From the NCBI RefSeq assembly GCF_036365525.1, contig NW_027140825.1, forward strand, positions 868,001 through 932,000: a DNA stretch of 64,000 bases, given 5' to 3'. Numbering within the stretch: position 1 is the first letter of the stretch; each line of letters begins with the position of its first letter. Shown here piece by piece: positions 1 to 11,984 of the stretch. The notes under the pieces are model-generated. The model was not told the DNA's origin. It worked only from the letters and a program-made list of their open reading frames with translations, and made no database searches. The position numbers and the translations under genes are program-made. Source of the stretch: Heterodontus francisci. Lineage: Eukaryota.

Positions 1-1166
1 GAAGGACCATCCACAACACTCTGGGATAGAGAATTCCAAAGATTCACAACCCTTTGAGTGAAGTCATTTCTCCTCATCTCAGTCCGGAATGACTGATCCC
101 TTATCCTGAGATTTCTCACTGCCTTATTTCTTGAAAAGCCGTGTAACATTTGTCAGCTTTCATTCCGATGGCACCATTCCTGAATCTAAGGAATTCTGGA
201 AAATCATAGCCAGTGCCTCCACTATCTCTGCAGCTATCTCTTTTAGAACCCGAGGATGTAATCCATCTGCTCCAGGGGACTTGTCAGATTTTAATCCCTC
301 AAATTTCTCGAAGACTTTTTCTCAATTGATATGAAAATCGTTAATTTCTTCACTCTTTTTAGCCCCCAGATAACTTCCTATTTCTGGGATGGAACTTGTG
401 TCTTCTACTGTGAAGACAGACACAAAATATTAGTTCAATTCCCCCATTCCCCAATATAATTTCTCCTGTCTTTACCTCTAAGGGACCAACATCAACTTTA
501 GCTACTCTCTTACTTTTTATGTAAAAGCTCCCACCATCTGTTTTTATATTGCTGGTTAGCTTATTCGCAAATGTTATTCCCACATCCGATGAAAGAAAAT
601 AAACAATGTCTTCACCCAGCCCTATCAGTATGAGGTGCTATTTCCTGCTCCCTAATGTTTTTATCCAGCATCCATTTACATATATCTGGTTGTAAACATC
701 ATTTATTTCTGTGTGCTAGTGAATTCCACATTCTCACCACTCTGTGTAAATTCATTTCTTGGAGTTATTAGTGAGTATGATGTATTCATGACCTTCCCTA
801 CAAGTGCAGGCATCTTCTCTTCCTCTACCCTATTATATTTCTTCAGAATCTCTAACAGGTCACCCTCAGCATTGTCCTCAGCACTTCAGGTGTCGTCTAA
901 ACAAAGTATATAGAGCTGAGAATTGTGCACAGTGCTCCAGGTGTGGTCTAACCGAGGTACGGGTTGAAGAGCCGTTCTATGAACCATTAGACAGGTGTGG
1001 GCACAGAGAGTGTGTGTTGTCTGTCTGGAGGTTGTGGGGAGTTAGAACATGGGCGTTCTGCCACTCGAACGGGCACTGAACAGATGCAGATCCGCATCCG
1101 ATCAGCCAGGGCTGCTCTTCACCGAATGCTGGGTGAAATGCACCCGTTTGAAGGGAGACGTGTGAG

Positions 1167-1205
1167 GGTTTTTGTCAAGGCGGCCAGTGACTCTGAACCG
1201 CTGTG
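1167..1205 (-). promoter_or_regulatory. 23-RSS (CACAGCG-23-ACAAAAACC)
   Basis: Heptamer 1199-1205, 23-bp spacer, nonamer 1167-1175, abutting the V end. Confidence 0.95.
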
Positions 1206-1939
1206 TCCCATCAGCAGCTGCACAGAAGTACACCGCCTCGTCCGTGGCGTTCACACTCTCCATCGTCAGAGTGGATTTCTTATTGTCCAGAGTCCTCGTG
1301 ATAGCAAATCCGCTCTTAAAACCATCTTCATACTGAGGTTCACTGCCTCGGTAAACAGAGCCCATTGAGAGGAATCCTCTGCTGGGGGACTGACGATACC
1401 AGTACATGTAGTTGCGAATCTTTCCTTTCTGCAGACAGTTCATTTCCACGGGTCCTGGTTGTTTAACAGCCAGTGACTGAGGCTATTGATGTATCACATC
1501 ACCCCGGCAAACACCTAGAAAGAGAAATTAGAGGGAATGAACTAGTATCGATGGAGTTACAATTGAGACGATGGTCGTCAGTGTTGCACCAAATTAACGA
1601 CGGAAATTCGGTCTGTGTCCTAATTTCCTGCAAGAACCTGGATCTTTACAACTGTAAAATAGAATTGTGCAATCCACAAGTTTGCAAGTGGGTGCAAACA
1701 TTAAAGAGTTAACATCATATTAATAACACTTGTCTTCCCAAAGTCGGGGACAGATGAATGAGTTCACTGTCTGATATGAAATAATCGATTACTGATTTAA
1801 CAAGTCACCGCTGCTCAGTTTTATTAAGATCATTAATCATCCCTTTCAGTTGATCAAATGTAGAATTGTGATTGGGACATAATTTTAACCTACTCAGCAC
1901 CAGAAGGGAAATAGCAAAGAGGATGAAACTGAAAGGCAT
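1206..1939 (-). pseudogene. TRBV: TCR (beta-like) V pseudogene, HQWP/CAAADG family; leader exon 1894-1939, V exon 1206-1514; in-frame TAG at 1483-1485
   Basis: Leader MPFSFILFAISLLVL with A|GTAGGT donor; ctag| acceptor; V exon VCRGDVIHQ*PQSLAVKQPGPVEMNC..MYWYRQ..VYFCAAADG; the paralog at 7366-7674 has TGG where this copy has TAG. Confidence 0.88.
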
Positions 1940-2971
1940 GTTTGCGGTGGATCTGAGAGACTTTCTGCTGGTTACTCTGGGTTTTAAGGTAGGGAGAGAG
2001 ATGAGGTGTTGGCAGAGCGGATCGTCATAAGAGGAAGTTCTCTCAAGGCAATGAGCCCTGCCCCTAACTTTAAGTTGTCCCCCATTCTTTCGTTTGCTTC
2101 CTTCCGCCCCTTTCCACTTTTTTCTTCTCTCCATTTTCCTCCTTCCACCCCACTTTCCACTCCTCTGCAAATATCTTCACTCTCTTCCCTTTGTGAGATT
2201 GCTTTCATGCCGAGGCGAGGGGAACTGTGTTGGAGAAGGTGGGTGAAAATACAAGGGGCGGTGCAACGAGAGCTGCTTTGGGTGTCTCCAGAGGTAGCGG
2301 TGCAGAACAGGGGATTATTAACATCCTTTTGCAAATTAAAATCAGTAGTGGAGGAAGAGAAGGTGGATAGTTCGATGGCAGCGGAGGCGGTTCATGTAAC
2401 ATCACTGTAAAGTGGAAATCTAACTGCATTTAGCATTGAAAGTGGAAAGATTGCAGAAGCAGAGGAATTGGCTCATTGATCAGCGGCGCCAAAGGCTGTG
2501 GTGGCGCGAAATACCGTGGAGCCATAGCGCCGACCAGTGGCAGCATTGTGCAACTGCAACAAGCTGTGTTTGTTACTTTCCCAGTGAAACCCATTGCTCT
2601 TTCGGAGAGCCAGTGCAGACACGATGGGCCGAATGTCCTCCTCCTGCGCTGTAACAATTCAGCGATTATGAATGTCGATGACAACTGGCAATATTTTGAT
2701 TTCAATTGTTAACCAGATGATCAATATTGTGTAATATTTCTGATGGATTCAAATGTTACAGGATGATATTCTAAGATACTAAGATGTATCTATCCATTGG
2801 TCTGTTTATATCTCTGTCTTTCAGGCTACCGAGCCATCTATTTATCTCTATAAGAGCTGGTTGGCAGCTGAAAGATACAGATGTAGACTCGCAAAGGCAA
2901 CCAGACAAAGTCAGACCCCGAGACGGCGAGGAGATGAACAGAAGAGGATAGCTGTAGCAATGAACCTGAGT

Positions 2972-3010
2972 GGTTATTGTCATAGTGTGGAAGGGGTTTG
3001 AAGCATTGTG
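2972..3010 (-). promoter_or_regulatory. 23-RSS (CACAATG-23-ACAATAACC)
   Basis: Heptamer 3004-3010, nonamer 2972-2980, spacer 23 bp. Confidence 0.92.
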
Positions 3011-3816
3011 CTCCTTCAGTGGCGGCGCAGTAATACATCGCCCTATCTCCGGGGCCTGCAGTCTGAATTTTCAGAGTGCTCCTTTGAATGTCAGCTCTCA
3101 CCACCTCGAATCGCCTCTCGAACTCTTCCTGGAAAGTAGGCTTGCTCCCAGACACGTCCGTCACCAGAAGCTGGGGGCCTTGCCCGTGGTGCTGGCGGTA
3201 CCAGAGCATGGTGATGTGCTCCGTGTCCTTCTGCTGACAGGTCAGTGTTGCGCTCTCCCCATGTCCCACAGTCAGTTCACTGGGTGTCTGGGACACTGAG
3301 GCACATCGACAACAATCTAGGGAAGTGGGAAGGGAGGAAGAAAGGAAAGGGTCCAAGATTCAGTTAACGCAGCCACATCAGGAAAAGTCTGCAGTGCATC
3401 CCAGTGCATTTTCTGATCGAATATGAGCTCAGACAATCATCCAACATGTGAAGGAGGCCGTTCATCCCAGCAGGCCTGTGCTAGCTCTTTGAAAAAGCTA
3501 TGCAATGAGTTCATTCCCCAACTTTTCTCATCTCAATTTAGTTTTAAATGTAATTTATTCCAGTTTTCTAAGAATAAGAGTGAGGTCCTGTCTGGCAGAT
3601 CATGCACCGGTTATAGAAGCAAATATCAGTGCAAAGTAACTCAATGTCTGTTTCTATATGAAGGGGACAATGACAACATCAATGAACGATATTACATACG
3701 GATCATTAAGTGTATTTCTTAAAGAATCTCAGGTTAAATGAAACTATAATAGCATTCTGAAGTTACTTACGCGGCATCAGCAATGAAAAGGCCCAGAGAA
3801 GGAGTTTGAATTCCAT
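3011..3816 (-). CDS. TRBV: TCR (beta-like) V segment, apparently functional; leader exon 3771-3816, V exon 3011-3316
   Basis: Leader MEFKLLLWAFSLLMP with C|GTAAGT donor; V exon ASVSQTPSELTVGHGESATLTC..MLWYRQ..RFEVVRADIQRSTLKI..D..MYYCAATEG; Cys23, Trp41 and Cys104 all present; open frame. Confidence 0.92.
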
Positions 3817-4329
3817 CTTGGTGAGGTAACCAAGATGTGATCTGGCAGCAGGAGAGGTGGGAAGAATGTGGCGCCTCTTGTTGAAGACATGGGGGGAAAA
3901 GTGCAACATAGACGACTGGAAATGGCGCCACGGATATTGCAAGCCTAAAAGTAAGGGAGAGGAAGTGAGTTATCATGGCAGGGGATTGCTTCAACTGTTG
4001 AGCTTCCAGTCCACGGTCATCTGAGATTGAAGTGTTGTTAACTCGCTCAGATCCTCGTTCCACAAAACAATTGTGGGGCATGAGTGGAATTACTTCTATT
4101 TCATTCAATGGGTTGAGTAGGGTCCACGGTCTGATCAGGTATTAGTTGGTATAGGGGAGCCCAGAGCAGGAGTTGCTGAATAAAATAACGCCTACAAACG
4201 TGTGATCAGAGCCATCGATTTAAAATAAACCACAGTTATTCTGGGAGTCGATTGCAGATCTGTTAGCGAATTCTAAAATATTCTATTAGCAATAGCATAT
4301 GTGAACAGAAATGCGTGTAGGGCAGAGTC

Positions 4330-5075
4330 AGAACAGCAAGTTCGGCCCTTCGAGTCCGTGTGAGCTCTCTGTCCAGCAATCCAGTTAGTCCCATTCCCCA
4401 AGCAAGTTTATTTCTCTCCAAGTTCACATCCAATTACATTTTGAAATCATTCATTCTCTCTGCTTCCAGCATCCAGGTAGGCAGTGAGTTCCACATCATT
4501 ACACCGCGCTGTGTCAACAAAATATGCCTCACATCGCCCCTGCATCTCTTCCCCAAAACCTTACATCTGTGTCCCCAAGTCCTTGTCTCCAACAGCTCAT
4601 GGGAACAGATTTTCTTTGTCTATTTTCCGCAACCTCTCTTCATTTTGTACACTTCTGTCAAATCTCCCCTCAATTTCCTATGCTCCAAGGAGAACAACCA
4701 CAGCTTCACCAAACTAACCACGCAGCTAAAATCTCTCATCCCTGGAACCATCCCGGTAGATCGCCTCTGCACCCTCTCAAGGACCCTACATCCTTCCTAA
4801 TGTGTGGTGACCCGAACCGGGCTCAATACTCAAGTTGGGGCCTAACCAAAACCTCATATATGTTGAGCATAACCACGCTGCTTTTGTACTTTATACCTCC
4901 ATTCATGAATCCCAAGATCCCATAAGCTTCGTGAACCTCTCTCTCAATATGTCCTGCCACCTTCAAAGATCTATGCACATTAAGCCCCAGGTCCCTCTGT
5001 CCTTGAACACTCTTTAGGCCTGTGTCATTAAGTCTGTATTTCCTCTCTGTCTCCCTTCTGCCAAAATGCATCACC
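4330..5075 (-). mobile_element. CR1-like LINE 3' fragment
   Basis: ORF 4823-5074 (MHFGR...RDLG..VH.SLKV..H......AYGILG...LY..LVRPQLEY) is a CR1 RT C-terminus; boundaries approximate. Confidence 0.85.
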
Positions 5076-5739
5076 TGATAGCAATGTAGTTCACTGTTAA
5101 CTGCCTCTGAAATGGGCTAGCAAGTCATTCAGTTAAGGGCAGTTCGGCATAGGCAATGAATGCTGACCTTGTCAGTGATGTGCGCATCCCTGAATGTGTT
5201 TTTATATAAAATGCCTCCTTCTTCATTTTTCTTTCACTGTTTTCTCACTTTGCTTCCCCTCTTTACTTCCTTCAGATCATCTGTTTCAGTATATCACAAG
5301 TGTTGCTCAAACCAGTCACTATGAACGAGCAGACTTGGGGAAATCCAATTGTCTATTTTGTGTGGAATGGTTATGATTTGAATCTGTTTCAGAGTTAGTG
5401 GAATTGACTATTAGGTAGATGGGTCAAGTCACTGCTGCTTTGCTCACTCAGTCTTCACAGAAGCAAGTGGGACTCAGGCTGCGGTGGAGCTCCATCCCCA
5501 CCTCGTGGCTGTCATGTGTAACTACAGGTACCTGTGATTTGCAAAGTGCAATTGATAAAATAGGCATTATGAAGACATGCTTTGAAATTGCTCCGTCTTC
5601 CCATTTTTTATCCATTGCTTCGGCTGGTGACGCTGGTGACATCGAATTAGATAGAAGATGCAGCACAGATTCAGGCTATTCGGCCCGATGGGACCATGTT
5701 CCAGACCAGCCTGGGGCAGATGGCGGTGTACTTGTCATG

Positions 5740-5985
5740 TCACTGAGCTGGTAATCCAGAGCATGGGGCTAATCTCCAGGGGACATGCGTTCGAATCCCA
5801 CCAGGTCAGATGGTGGAATTTAAATTCAATTAATGAATAAATATAATTATTTCATCAGAAAATCTGCAATTGAAAGCTAGTCTCAGTTAAGGGGCCCTGT
5901 CACCCAGCTGGCTCACTCATGTCTTTTAGGGAAGGGAATCCGCCTTCCTTACCTGGTCTGGTCTACATGTGACTCCAGCCCCACA
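5740..5985 (+). mobile_element. tRNA-derived SINE fragment
   Basis: B-box-like GTTCGAATCCC followed by a typical shark SINE body. Confidence 0.5.
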
Positions 5986-7326
5986 GAACACAAGAAATAG
6001 GAGCAGGTGTAGACCATATATCCCATCGAGCTTGCTCCGTCATTCAATACAATCATGGCTGATCTTGGGCTTCAATTCCACTTTCCTGCCTACTCCCCAT
6101 ATCCCTTGATTTCCTGAGGGATCAGAAATCCCAGCCTTAAATGTATTCAATGAAGGAGCATCCACAACACTCTGGGATAGAGAATTCCAAAGATTCACAA
6201 CCCTTTGAGTGAAGCAATTTCTCCTCATCTCAGTCCGGAATGATTGATCCCCTGTCCTGAGATTTCTCATTACCTCCTTTTTTGAAAAGCCGTGTAACAT
6301 TTCTCAGCGTTCAATCCGATGGCACCATTCCTGAATCTAAGGAATTCTGGAAAATCATAGCCAGTGCCTCCACTATCTCTGCAGCTATCTCTTTTAGAAC
6401 CCTAGGATGTAATCCATCTGCTCCAGGGGACTTGTCAGATTTTAATCCCTCAAATTTCTCGAACACTTTTTCTCAATTGATATGAAAATCCTTAATTTCC
6501 TCACTCTTTTTAGCCCCCAGATAACTTCCTATTTCTGGTATGGAACTTGTGTCTTCTACTGTGAAGACAGACACAAAATATTAGTTCAATTCCCCCATTC
6601 CCCATGATAATTTCTCCTGTCTTTACCTCTAAGGGACCAACATCAACTTTAGCTACTCTCTTACTTTTTATGTAAAAGCTCCCACCATCTGTTTTTATAT
6701 TGCTGGTTAGCTTATTCGCAAATTTTATTCCCACATCCGATGAAAGAAAATAAACAATGTCTTCATCCAGCCCTGTCAGTATGACGTGCTATTTCCTGCT
6801 CCCTAATGTTTTTATCCAGCACCCATTTACATATATCTGGTTATACACATCATTTATTTCTGTGTGCTAGTGAATTCCACATTCTTACCACTCTGTGTAA
6901 ATTCATTTCTTGGAGTTATTAGTGAGTATGATGTATTCATGACCTTCCCTACAAGTGCAGGCATCTTCTCTACCTCTACCCTATTATATTGCTTCAGAAT
7001 CTTAAACACCTCTAACAGGTCACCCTCAGCATTGTCCTCAGCACTTCAGGTGTCGTCTAAACAAAGCCTGTAGAGATAAGAATTATGCACAGAGCTCCAG
7101 GTGTGGTCTAACCGAGGTACGGGTTGAAGAGCCGTTCGATGAACCATTATACAGGTGTGGGCAGAGAAAGTGTGTGTTGTCTGTCTGGAGGTTGTGGGGA
7201 GTTAGAACATGGGCGTTCTGCCACTCGAACAGGCACTGAACAGATGCAGATCCGCATCCGATCAGCCAGGGCTGCTCTTCACCGAATGCTGGGTTAAATG
7301 CACCCGTTTGAAGGGAGACGTGTGAG

Positions 7327-7365
7327 GGTTTTTGTCAAGGCGGCCAATGACTCTGAACCGCTGTG
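7327..7365 (-). promoter_or_regulatory. 23-RSS (CACAGCG-23-ACAAAAACC)
   Basis: Heptamer 7359-7365, nonamer 7327-7335. Confidence 0.95.
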
Positions 7366-8098
7366 TCCCATCACCAGCTGCACAGAAATACAACGCCTCG
7401 TCCGTGGCGTTCACACTCTCCATCGTCAGAGTGGATTTCTTATTGTCCAGAGTCCTGGTAATAACAAACCCGCTCTTAAAACCCTCTTCATACTGAGGTT
7501 CACTGCCGAGGTAAACAGAGCCCATTGAGAGGAATCCTCTGCTGGGGGACTGACGATACCAGTACATGTAGTCGCGAATCTTTCCTTTCTGCAGACAGTT
7601 CATTTCCACGGGTCCTGGTTGTTTAACAGCCAGTGACTGAGGCCATTGATGTATCACATCACCCCGGCAAACACCTAGAAAGAGAAATTAGAGGGAATGA
7701 ACTAGTATCGATGGAGTTACAATTGCGACGATGGGCGTCGGTGTTGCACCGAATTAACGACGGAAATTCGGTCTGTGTCCTAATTTCCTACAAGAACCTG
7801 GATCTTTACAACTGTAAAATAGAATTGTGCAATCCAAAAGCTTGCAAGTGGTGCAAACATTAAAGAGTTAAAATCATATTAATAACACTTGTCTTCCCAA
7901 ACTAGGGGACAGATGAATGAGTTCACTGTCTTATATTAAATAATCGATTACTGATTTCACAAGTCACCGCCACTCAGTTTTATTAAGATCATTAATCATC
8001 CCTTTCAGTTGATCAAATGTAGAAGAGTGATTGGGACAGAATTTTAACCTACTCAGCGCCAGAAGGGAAATAACAAAGACGATGAAACTGAAAGGCAT
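7366..8098 (-). CDS. TRBV: TCR (beta-like) V segment, apparently functional; leader exon 8053-8098, V exon 7366-7674
   Basis: Leader MPFSFIVFVISLLAL; V exon DVIHQWPQSLAVKQPGPVEMNC..MYWYRQ..YEEGFKSGFVITR..STLTM..D.ALYFCAAGDG; open frame and GT/AG sites. Confidence 0.92.
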
Positions 8099-8345
8099 GT
8101 TTGCGGTGGATCTGAGAGACTTTCTGCTGGTTACTCTGGGTTTTAAGGGAGGGAGAGAGATGAGGTGTAGGCAGATCGGATCGTCATAAGAGGAAGTTAT
8201 CTCAAGGCAATGATCCCCGCCCCTACCTTTAAGTTGTTCCCCCATTCTTTTGCTTGCTTCCTTATGCTACCTTTTCCTTCTTTCTTCTCTCCCCTTGTCT
8301 CCCCCCTCGCCACTTTCTGAGCTCGTGTTCACACCGAAGCCAGGA

Positions 8346-8615
8346 NNNNNNNNNNNNNNNNNNNNNNNNNNNNNNNNNNNNNNNNNNNNNNNNNNNNNNN
8401 NNNNNNNNNNNNNNNNNNNNNNNNNNNNNNNNNNNNNNNNNNNNNNNNNNNNNNNNNNNNNNNNNNNNNNNNNNNNNNNNNNNNNNNNNNNNNNNNNNNN
8501 NNNNNNNNNNNNNNNNNNNNNNNNNNNNNNNNNNNNNNNNNNNNNNNNNNNNNNNNNNNNNNNNNNNNNNNNNNNNNNNNNNNNNNNNNNNNNNNNNNNN
8601 NNNNNNNNNNNNNNN
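8346..8615. other. Assembly gap (N run)
   Basis: 270 N. Confidence 1.
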
Positions 8616-8944
8616 CTCGCCAGCTATCTGTCTGTCTATGCTGCCTATGGAATGGTGCTGTACACCAATTGAATTCCGTATTTTAAGTACACTGCTCTCC
8701 AAAATGACCCAGCAAGCCCTTCAGTTATCTACAAGGCAGCAGACACCTTCTCCAGGGCAATTAGCGATGTTGAATAACTGCTGGCCTTCTCAGAGGGACC
8801 CTGGTCCCCAGAATGAATAAAAAAAATCAAAGCAAGAGAAGAGATAGCAGAGGATCTGACCATCATTGTCCAGTTCTTAATTGGCTGTTAACTGTTTTGG
8901 GGCGTCTTGAAGTCGTGGAAGAGCTGAAATAATTTCTTTTTCTT

Positions 8945-9470
8945 ATTCGTTCATGGGACGTGAATTTCTTTTGCAAGACCAGCAATTATTTGCCCTTGAG
9001 AAGGTGGTGATGAGCTGCCTTTTTGAAACACTGCAGTCCATGTGGGGGAGGTACACCCACAGTGCTGTTAGGAAGGGAGTCCCAGGATTTTGACCCAGTG
9101 ACAGTGAAGAAACGGCAATATAGTTCCAAGTCAGGATGGTGTGTTGCTTGGAGGGGAACTTGCAGGTGGTGGTGTTCCCATGAGTCTACTGCCCTTGTCC
9201 TTCTGGTGGTAGAGTTGGTGGGCTTGGAAGGTGCTGTCTAAGGACACTCGATGCTTTGCTGCAGTGCATCTTGTAGATGGTATACACTGCTGCCACTGTG
9301 GTGCAGGGAGTGAGTGTTGAAGGTGGTAGGTGGGGTACTGAACAAGCGGGCTGCTTTGTCCTGGATGGTGTTGAGCTTCCTGAGTGTTGTTGGAGCTGCA
9401 TCATCCAGGCAAGTGGAGAGTATTCCATCACACTCCTGACTTGTACCTTGTAGATGATTGATACTCTGTA
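8945..9470 (-). mobile_element. CR1/L2-clade LINE 3' fragment
   Basis: IYKVQVRSVMEYSPLAWM motif; same family as 46400-47345. Confidence 0.8.
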
Positions 9471-9494
9471 CATCGCTTCACAATGGTGATGTAA

Positions 9495-9640
9495 ACTATC
9501 TGTCTTATTTAGATCATTAATTAACCTTTTAATTAATCAAGTATAGGACAGAGACTGTGACTCAGTTTTAACATACTCAGTGCCAGAAATTAAACAGTGT
9601 GGACGAGGACTTTGAAATTTTGCAGGGGATCTGAGACACA
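9495..9640 (-). pseudogene. Orphan, decayed V leader exon plus intron start of the HQWP family (V exon missing)
   Basis: CTGGCACTGA|GTATGTTAAAA...TTAATGATCT aligns with the leader/intron at 1820-1960 and 7980-8120; no ATG; a LINE lies where the V exon should be. Confidence 0.6.
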
Positions 9641-9820
9641 TCTCTCTCTTTCCTTCTCTCTCTCTTCCTCGGACCTTCTGCTATTCCCTGTCATTCAGCC
9701 CATGATGAAGGTTCAGGAATCCGGGAATCACCAGCTTGGAAAACGGCCGGTGAGGCAGGGAGAGACATTAACCATTGTCACTGCTCCTGTATGTCTGTCA
9801 GTTGTGTTGTTCACCCTGTT

Positions 9821-10580
9821 GGTTTTTGTACTGGCATTAAGGCAGTCTGCAGCGCTGCACCTCCTCCTCAAATCTTCCTTCGTAAATGGGTGAGCTTCCA
9901 GTGTAAGAATGACCCATTAGGGTGAGTCCCTGACCGGCATACTGCCGATACCACAGCATAATGCTCTTTCTACTGTCATTCCGGGAACAGTTTAATTCTG
10001 CTGGTTCACTTCCATTCACCACCACCAGAGTTGGCCACTGGTGCATCACCTCTGCTAGAGTTTTGCCTTGAGACATAAGGAGAATAGTTTAAAATGTTTA
10101 GAACATATTGTGACATATGATAACCAACTATAACTATCCAAACAGATAAGTAGATAACACTGGATAACTATATCGGCGGACAATATATAGTTAAATGATA
10201 TATTTGTAGATATATAGATAATAAACAGATAGATATAGAGATTGAAAAATAATGTAGCAAGTGACATGAGAGAGACAAATTAACCCAGAATTGGGGCAAA
10301 CTTATCGGTTAAAGATAGCTGTAGTAGCGTCACGAATATATAAATAACTTTCATTCAGTCAAAAATTTCATTAAGCCAATATTATTTACAGTGAAAGTAA
10401 AGTATGTAGTTTAAGAAATGGCAGAAAATCGACTGCAATTATGTTTTATCAATCTAGTTTGATAGAAGTTAGTAGTGAATGAAAACACAGCAAGTATTTT
10501 AGCACAGGTATCTTTATGAACAATGAATACCTACATGGAAGAAGAGAACAGACGATTAGGAAGAGTTTGACTAACTGCAT
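9821..10580 (-). pseudogene. TRBV: TCR V pseudogene with FR3 deleted up to the heptamer; leader 10535-10580, V remnant 9860-10066, damaged RSS 9821-9859
   Basis: Leader MQLVKLFLIVCSLLP T|GTAGGT; V KTLAEVMHQWP..ELNC..MLWYRQ..YEGRFEEEV then directly TGCAGCG-23-ACAAAAACC; no YYC. Confidence 0.85.
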
Positions 10581-11527
10581 CCTGCAGACTGGGGGCTGAA
10601 TCTGTTCATGAATCAATATCAGGCGGCTGAAGATAAAGCAGAGAGCGGAAATGACAGCGCTGGAAACAGGGTTTCCTTCTGACCCCTCACTTCTGGGTAT
10701 GACAGAATAATAACACCCACTGGTCGGAAGGAGCTTGAATAAGGAACTGCTTCCCGTCTGCATCAGGCTGTCGTTGCTTGTGTCTGATTGGTGTTGTGTA
10801 GGGTAGCTCTTTCGAACAGCCGGGCCAGGCTCGATGGGCTGAATGGCCTCGGCTCTGCTGTCGGATTCTATAAATATATAAGACACATCAAGTTGCTTGT
10901 TTGTATTCGGCAGATCAAAAGTTATTTCCCCTGTGCTAAACGACAATTCAAGGGTTATGTTTTACATTGGGGTGAAATCTTAGATACTTTGAAAAGAGAC
11001 AGTGTCATGAAGAAGTGGGTTAACTGTTTTGAACAGATGCTCAAACCGCCGTCAGGAGGCAGGTGTTCCAGTGAGAGACCTATCTGGGGAGGTGTCTCAC
11101 TTTTGCATTGTGTGAGTCATTGGGGACATGTACAACAGGGAGCTATGTGTAACTCTTGTCACATACCACCGACAGCTCATTCAACAGGACCATGAACCCA
11201 TTTACCCCACCTCGGAATCTGTTCTTTGCAGGTGGAGGCTGCCTTAACGAGAAGGATCTGAGCACATTGCTGCAGCATTTTTAATAATTCATAATGTATT
11301 GATGTACTCTGAGTCGAAGGAGAGCAAGAGGATCAAACTATCAGTAAAATACAAATCATGATATATCAATAATTAAACTGGTATGGTGTAAATAATGGTG
11401 TTAGATAGATGATAAACGTCAGATATATGGTGGATGGATATTTAGAGAGGTGAGAGACAGAGAGATAAATCGATGGCAAATATATATATATGATCGAGAT
11501 AAATCGATAGATAAATGGTGCAATATA

Positions 11528-11663
11528 NNNNNNNNNNNNNNNNNNNNNNNNNNNNNNNNNNNNNNNNNNNNNNNNNNNNNNNNNNNNNNNNNNNNNNNNN
11601 NNNNNNNNNNNNNNNNNNNNNNNNNNNNNNNNNNNNNNNNNNNNNNNNNNNNNNNNNNNNNNN
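11528..11663. other. Assembly gap (N run) within GATA/AGAT microsatellite
   Basis: 136 N flanked by agat/gata-rich sequence. Confidence 1.
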
Positions 11664-11745
11664 CTCGCAGATAATCCGAGAGACAGAAAGACACTGAGAT
11701 AGACAGACAGGTTTATCTCCCACAAGTGCTTTCCTCCCCCTTCAG

Positions 11746-11984
11746 AGTTTTTGCTGAACTCCGGCGCCTTTATGAGTCACTGTGCAGTCTCCAGACACAG
11801 TAATACACGGCTGATTGATTCGCCAAAAGGCTGGAGGAGTCCAGGTAAAAATGGGTGTTGTTGGGTCTCCTGGCGGTGTGGGGTCACACAGGGAAAGAGC
11901 AGTGAGGATGACTGACATCTCTCAGTCCAGTTCCACCTTACCCTTTAACACCAGGAACACAACCAAGAGGTGAGACACAGTCAT
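11746..11984 (-). pseudogene. TRBV: TCR V pseudogene (CAWS-related family) with 5' two-thirds of V exon deleted; leader 11942-11984, FR3 remnant 11785-11876, intact RSS 11746-11784
   Basis: Leader MTVSHLLVVFLVLK G|GTAAGG; short intron fused to TARRPNNTHFYLDSSSLLANQSAVYYCVWRL; CACAGTG-23-GCAAAAACT. Confidence 0.85.

Larger units (their letters stand above)
6152..8345. repeat. Segmental duplicate of ~1-2230 (offset ~6.15 kb) containing LINE debris and the HQWP-family V
   Basis: Near-identical sequence and ORFs (131..334 vs 6282..6485; 359..583 vs 6510..6734; 1102..1449 vs 7262..7657). Confidence 0.95.

Noticed and set aside
5276-5530. Acceptor followed by SVAQTSHYERADLGKSNCLFC, faintly like V FR1
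   Set aside because: No WYRQ, YYC, leader or RSS; stops; not supportable as a V
8250-8820. ORFs spanning X runs (also 11366-11725)
   Set aside because: Artefacts of assembly gaps
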